Shown here: piece by piece, positions 27,695 through 32,000 of the stretch
Layout: the number at the start of each line of letters is the position of its first letter
Numbering within the stretch: the stretch's first letter is position 1
Source: Candidatus Iainarchaeum sp.
GTDB taxonomy: Archaea; Iainarchaeota; Iainarchaeia; Iainarchaeales; CSSED10-239
Assembly: GCA_037441475.1 (NCBI GenBank)
Contig: JBBISB010000001.1
Span: forward strand, 426,418 to 458,417
Direction of reading: 5' to 3'
Length of the DNA stretch: 32,000 nt
Notes under the pieces: model-generated
Told to the model about the DNA's origin: nothing
Seen by the model: the letters and a program-made list of their open reading frames with translations, nothing else
The model's database searches: none
Program-made: the position numbers and the translations under genes

Positions 27695-30600
27695 TTGAAA
27701 GATAAAAAATATTTAATTATTTTTTATTGATTGTACTAGTTAGTTTTTCAGGATGCCTTAACTTTATAACCACTAGAGAAAAGCAAGCTTGTCTTGCTTT
27801 AACTCACTTTTCATCAACCTCTATAGAGGACTGTTTCTCTCAAAATTCTTGCTTTAAAGATGTAGATAAGCTTGGTTTCTATACAACCCCAGAACTACCT
27901 AATGATCTTTTTAGTTACTATGCCAAGATATACTCTGAAGGGCTTGAAGTGGCTATCACATATATTCCTTCTCTTTATAATTTTTCGCAATACACCTTAA
28001 ATAGTATTTCTGTTATTGATGATCTTAATTCTATAAACGATAATGTTTATACTCTTAAAGTTTATAATTTCTATCAAGTGATTAACTCTTTTGTAGGAAG
28101 CTCAAACTCCTTACTTACTGATTTTAAAACAATTAATAATAGTTATAATGAAAATTTAGATAAAGTGTACCTTAAGATTACAGACGTTGAAAAGAATATT
28201 GAGGGTAATAATAGTTATCTTGAGATAAAGGATTTTGCATACTATAACAAACTTAAAAAAGAAATTAAATTTAAGGAAATTACTTTTGGATATTATTTAT
28301 CAGAGATAAAGAAGATTAATGCCAAAGTAATGGAGAACAAAGTAGATAATGTTAAGGCAACACAAAAGTATGCTTTAGATCTACTCGCCTGTGATGGGTT
28401 AGTAGATGAAGTTAGGCCGTATACAAGTATTTATTTTAAAGAAAAAATTGACCGTTATAAAACAAGTGAAAATATTCTTGAGAAATTAAAAATATGTGCT
28501 GATATTAATAAAGGGCTAGCATAAGAACATTGTGTTCAAAAAATTAATTTGTTTTTAGAAACAGACGCTGTTGAAAAAGAAGAGTTTTAACTTTTTTCTT
28601 ATAAAGAAGATAAAAGTTGTGTAGAGATACTAGGTAACATTAATTACAAACTAGAAAATAATTTTAAAATACAGTCTTTTAAAAAGTTATTACAAGAAGT
28701 CAATATAAAAATCAATGAGATAAAACAACACGAAATTAATTATCAATTACAAAAAACAATTATAGAAAGTAAAGAGAAAATAAAAAAATATGAAAAAGAA
28801 GACAACATTACATTAATTATTAATATTGATAAAAAACATTCAGATTTAATTAATATAGATAATCAGACTAATGAAATGTATAAAGTTTTAATAAATGATG
28901 AAAGATATTATACAGTAATTTACCTTAAAGACAGATATTTTTTAAAAATACACAACGCATTTTCAAAAAGCATAAATAACTTTATACTAGATGGGCCTTA
29001 CTACGGGTTAACAAGTAAAGATGACAAGGTTAATGTTCAAGGAAATAAAATCACAGTTAAATCCGCACACCCTGGAGATAATTTCTACGAGTTAGCGTAC
29101 GCAAATAAAACAGAGATAGATTATAAGATAATGTACCTTTCTTTAGATGAAAGTGTGATTAAGATAACTATTAAAAATCAAGTTGAGGGCATTATCGAAA
29201 ATATTGATTTCATAGATGGTTTTTCTACAAGAACAAAAGATGTGTATATTAATAAAAATAAAATATTTTTTACAACTGAAAAAGAAAACCAAATAATTGT
29301 CACTGGTAGTGTATTTGAAAAAGAGAGTACAAAAGAAATATTTGAGTTAACTCCGCTTAAGTTTATTACTTCTGAAAAAAATTAAAATAACTAACAAATA
29401 TTTACAGCCTATTAATCAAAAAATAATATTTAGAACTATTGATGAAAAATCAATTGTAAGGCTGATGGAGGAAAATAAAGATGTTGAAACAAATATAGAA
29501 AACAATAAAATAACTTTTACCTTGTCACTTGAAAAGGAAGCTACTAAAGAATATAGCTTGCAAACCATAAGTGAAAAAGAAGAAGTTTATTCAGAAATTA
29601 AAAAATTGGTTTTAGAGATAAGTAAATTTAATAACTGTGTTTATCAAGACATTAAAAATACCTCTAACACAAAATTAAGTAAGCTAGCAACCATCCCTTA
29701 TAAAAATAATTACTCTGTTACAGAGATAACTTCTTTTTATTTACTACTTCCTGAAATTGAGGAGCTTAGACAAAAATTAAATTTAGCTGAAAAAACAGAG
29801 TAGAGTATTTTATTAAATATCAAGAAATAAGTTTAAAAGAACTAACCGTCAAAGAAAAAAACACATTAACCAGAATTGATTCTAATAAATATAAAGACAT
29901 TTTTGCAGCAAATAAAGAACTTTCAGAACTACTTAAAATTATTTTAGAAAGAGAAGAAAGTGAAAGAGATAAAATGCAGGTAGAAAACAAAATTTACTTT
30001 CAAACACTTAAAGAAAAGGTTATCACCTATGGTCTAGAAGGCATAAATTTAGATTTATTGATAAAAGATAATGACGTAAATAAAATTAATCAAATAATTA
30101 ATGCTGGACTTAAAAAGAAGGCAGAAGGAATATATTATCTGATAAGTCCTGCAACCAATAATTTAGATAGTAAAAATATAACCTATTTAGTTAATTAAAC
30201 ATATAAACTTTATGAGGATCATGATTTAAGTGAACTTTATAGCGTAAATTATTTTGCCGGAATTACAAAATATGATGCCGCGAGGTTAGAAAAAATCTAT
30301 CTTTCTTGGACCGTGTTTTGTTTAATAGAGAAATTAGTAGTTTTGAAGAAAAGTTCGATTCTCAAGAATATGAAAAAGCCATTAACGCCACATCTTTAGA
30401 AACTATAAATAGAGTTAATAAAGTTAAGGCAGATGTAAGTAACCTAGAGAAAGGTATAGAAGTTATTAGAAATGATGCAAAAGAAGAAATACTTAAATAT
30501 CAAAAAAAGAGTATGATGCTGAAGTACTTACATTAGCAAAAAAATATTATGAAGAAGAAAAATATCTAAACACCATACTCCTTATTAGAAAAAATTCGGT

Positions 30601-30748
30601 TTCTGAAAAACAAACCTTAAAAGGAAAGCAAATCATTATTTTTTCACTCATTATAGTTTTATTTTCTGCAACTTATGCTTATTTTAGACTTGGAAACAAG
30701 AAAAAAGAAGAAAGTCATAAAGAGAAAAAAAAGAAGATATTAAGGCAC
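27695..30748 (+). pseudogene. Degraded gene for a ~1000-aa envelope lipoprotein-like coiled-coil/beta protein with C-terminal TM
   Basis: Track ORFs 27727-28524, 28876-29385, 29465-29803, 29974-30198 and 30306-30536 join into one protein. TTG start 27695 (MKDKKYLIIF) shifts into LLIVLVSFSGCLN. In-frame TAA at 28522, 28588 and 30196; frame changes near 27720, 29375-29381, 29790-29795, 30290-30295 and 30502-30508. Manual translation of the tail (KKYYEEEKYLNTILLIRKNSVSEKQTLKGKQIIIFSLIIVLFSATYAYFRLGNKKKEE...) ends at TAG 30748. Confidence 0.8.
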
Positions 30749-30816
30749 TAGCTAACCTTAAAGAAATAAGATAATAATATAAATTAATTGATAGATATAA
30801 TATATTGTGAACGTAT

Positions 30817-31989
30817 ATGAAAAATCATAAATTTATATTTATATTATTTGGAATAATTTTATTTGCCAGCCTTATCCATGCATCTGTGCTAGATGAAAAA
30901 ACACTTTCTTCACTATCTAAAGGAGATGTCATAGTAAATAAAGGGAATGAAGTTTGTAAAAGCTATTCCTTTGACCTTAAAGGTATTGATGAAAAATCAA
31001 AAGCATATTTGCAGTTAACGGTTAAAAACTACATCCCTATTAAGACAGGAGTGAATATAACCTTTAATTTAAATGGAATTGAAGTAAGTAAGCTTATAGG
31101 GGACGAAATACTTTCTAATAATGTAATCCTTTTAAGTAATGTAGGAACTAACGACAACCTTCTTGAAATATGTGTTAAAAACGATTTTTTACCAAGATTT
31201 ATAATTGATGCAGAAAAAAGTACACTTGGTAACTACTATGTCGCAGAAATAAAAAAAGAGGACTTCTATCAAGAGGCACCTTCTAAAGCGTACATTAATA
31301 CAATGATACCTATAAAGCTTTTTATAAGAAATAGTGGTTATGATTCAGTTTATGTGGAAGTTGTTAATGCGACAGAATTATTTTTATATAACTCTAACTT
31401 AGAAAATGTTTCTGGAGAAACTTCTTTTAAAGGTATAATTAACCCGCAAGAAACTATTTCTTTAAATTATTTTGTTAAAGCAGAAAAGGGCATTAATTTT
31501 ACAACACCGCTTGCTAAACTAAATTATAAAGATAGATTTAATCAAGCACACACTATGTTCCTTACAACACAAATCATTTCTTTAGAAGAACAAGAAACAA
31601 AGATAACTGCTTACACAGATATATTTAGGGTAATTGAACCAAACAAAGTATACACAGGGCACTTAATCATTAAAAACGATTCAGAAAGCACCCTTAAAGA
31701 AATATATATCACACCATATTTTAATGGAGAGATTATTCTTTCTAAGGAAAAGATAAATAACTTAAATCCAAAAGATGTTGTAGAAATACCTTTCACTATA
31801 AAAACATTTAAAGAAGGAGATTACTCTTTAGTTTTCACTATTAATTATCTAGATGGTGTTAACGAAAAAAATGTTGGAACACAACAAAAAACAATTTCTG
31901 CAGAGAATAAAGATAATAAAGAAAATACAGCAATAACCATCCTAATTATTTTGACTATAATTTTATTTATATGGATTGTTAAGATTTAA
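30817..31989 (+). CDS. Exported beta-rich (S-layer/COG1361-like) protein with C-terminal TM anchor
   Basis: 390 aa; signal MKNHKFIFILFGIILFASLIHA, repeated Ig-like stretches (IPIKLFIRNSGYDSVYVEV...; TGHLIIKNDSESTLKEIYI), C-terminal AITILIILTIILFIWIVKI. Confidence 0.65.
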   Translation: MKNHKFIFILFGIILFASLIHASVLDEKTLSSLSKGDVIVNKGNEVCKSYSFDLKGIDEKSKAYLQLTVKNYIPIKTGVNITFNLNGIEVSKLIGDEILSNNVILLSNVGTNDNLLEICVKNDFLPRFIIDAEKSTLGNYYVAEIKKEDFYQEAPSKAYINTMIPIKLFIRNSGYDSVYVEVVNATELFLYNSNLENVSGETSFKGIINPQETISLNYFVKAEKGINFTTPLAKLNYKDRFNQAHTMFLTTQIISLEEQETKITAYTDIFRVIEPNKVYTGHLIIKNDSESTLKEIYITPYFNGEIILSKEKINNLNPKDVVEIPFTIKTFKEGDYSLVFTINYLDGVNEKNVGTQQKTISAENKDNKENTAITILIILTIILFIWIVKI

Positions 31990-32000
31990 ACAATCCTTTT

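Noticed and set aside
28501-28600. Stop-codon reassignment or recoding of TAA at 28522/28588
   Set aside because: Other genes in the window end at TAA normally, and the same region also has frameshifts and a third TAA at 30196; gene decay is simpler.
1-32000. CRISPR array, tRNA, rRNA or transposase
   Set aside because: Scanned intergenic gaps by eye: no regularly spaced repeats, no GGTTCRANTCC-type T-loop in a cloverleaf context, no transposase motifs. A tool scan (tRNAscan-SE, Infernal) would be needed to exclude fully.

Overview
AT-rich archaeal window; gene content suggests a DPANN / Woesearchaeota- or Pacearchaeota-like lineage (inference). Most of it is housekeeping: secF/secD, a NOG1-like GTPase, a UPF0147 protein, adjacent genes for both subunits of archaeal DNA polymerase D (DP1, DP2), ribosomal protein S10, EF-1A, an NFACT-family protein, PRC-barrel, DUF373, SPFH/slipin, Taw3 and Elp3. 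Two accessory or envelope regions stand out. (1) 9.8-16.3 kb, minus strand: a class III-signal (type IV pilin-like) adhesin with InlB-like and chitobiase-C-like repeats, an M6-type metalloprotease, and a pilin/GLUG-repeat gene broken by about three frameshifts. (2) 27.7-30.75 kb, plus strand: remains of one ~1000-aa envelope protein (lipobox N-terminus, C-terminal TM helix) interrupted by three in-frame TAA codons and about five frameshifts, most in A/T homopolymers. Other leads: a membrane-anchored coiled-coil protein with a transglutaminase-like C-terminus next to tuf, an NFACT protein ending just before the NFACT-R domain, a wHTH + CARF-like gene pair behind elp3, and a small Cys-rich membrane protein behind a slipin. 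I saw no CRISPR array, rRNA, tRNA or intein. No complete new system is proven; the items above are leads.
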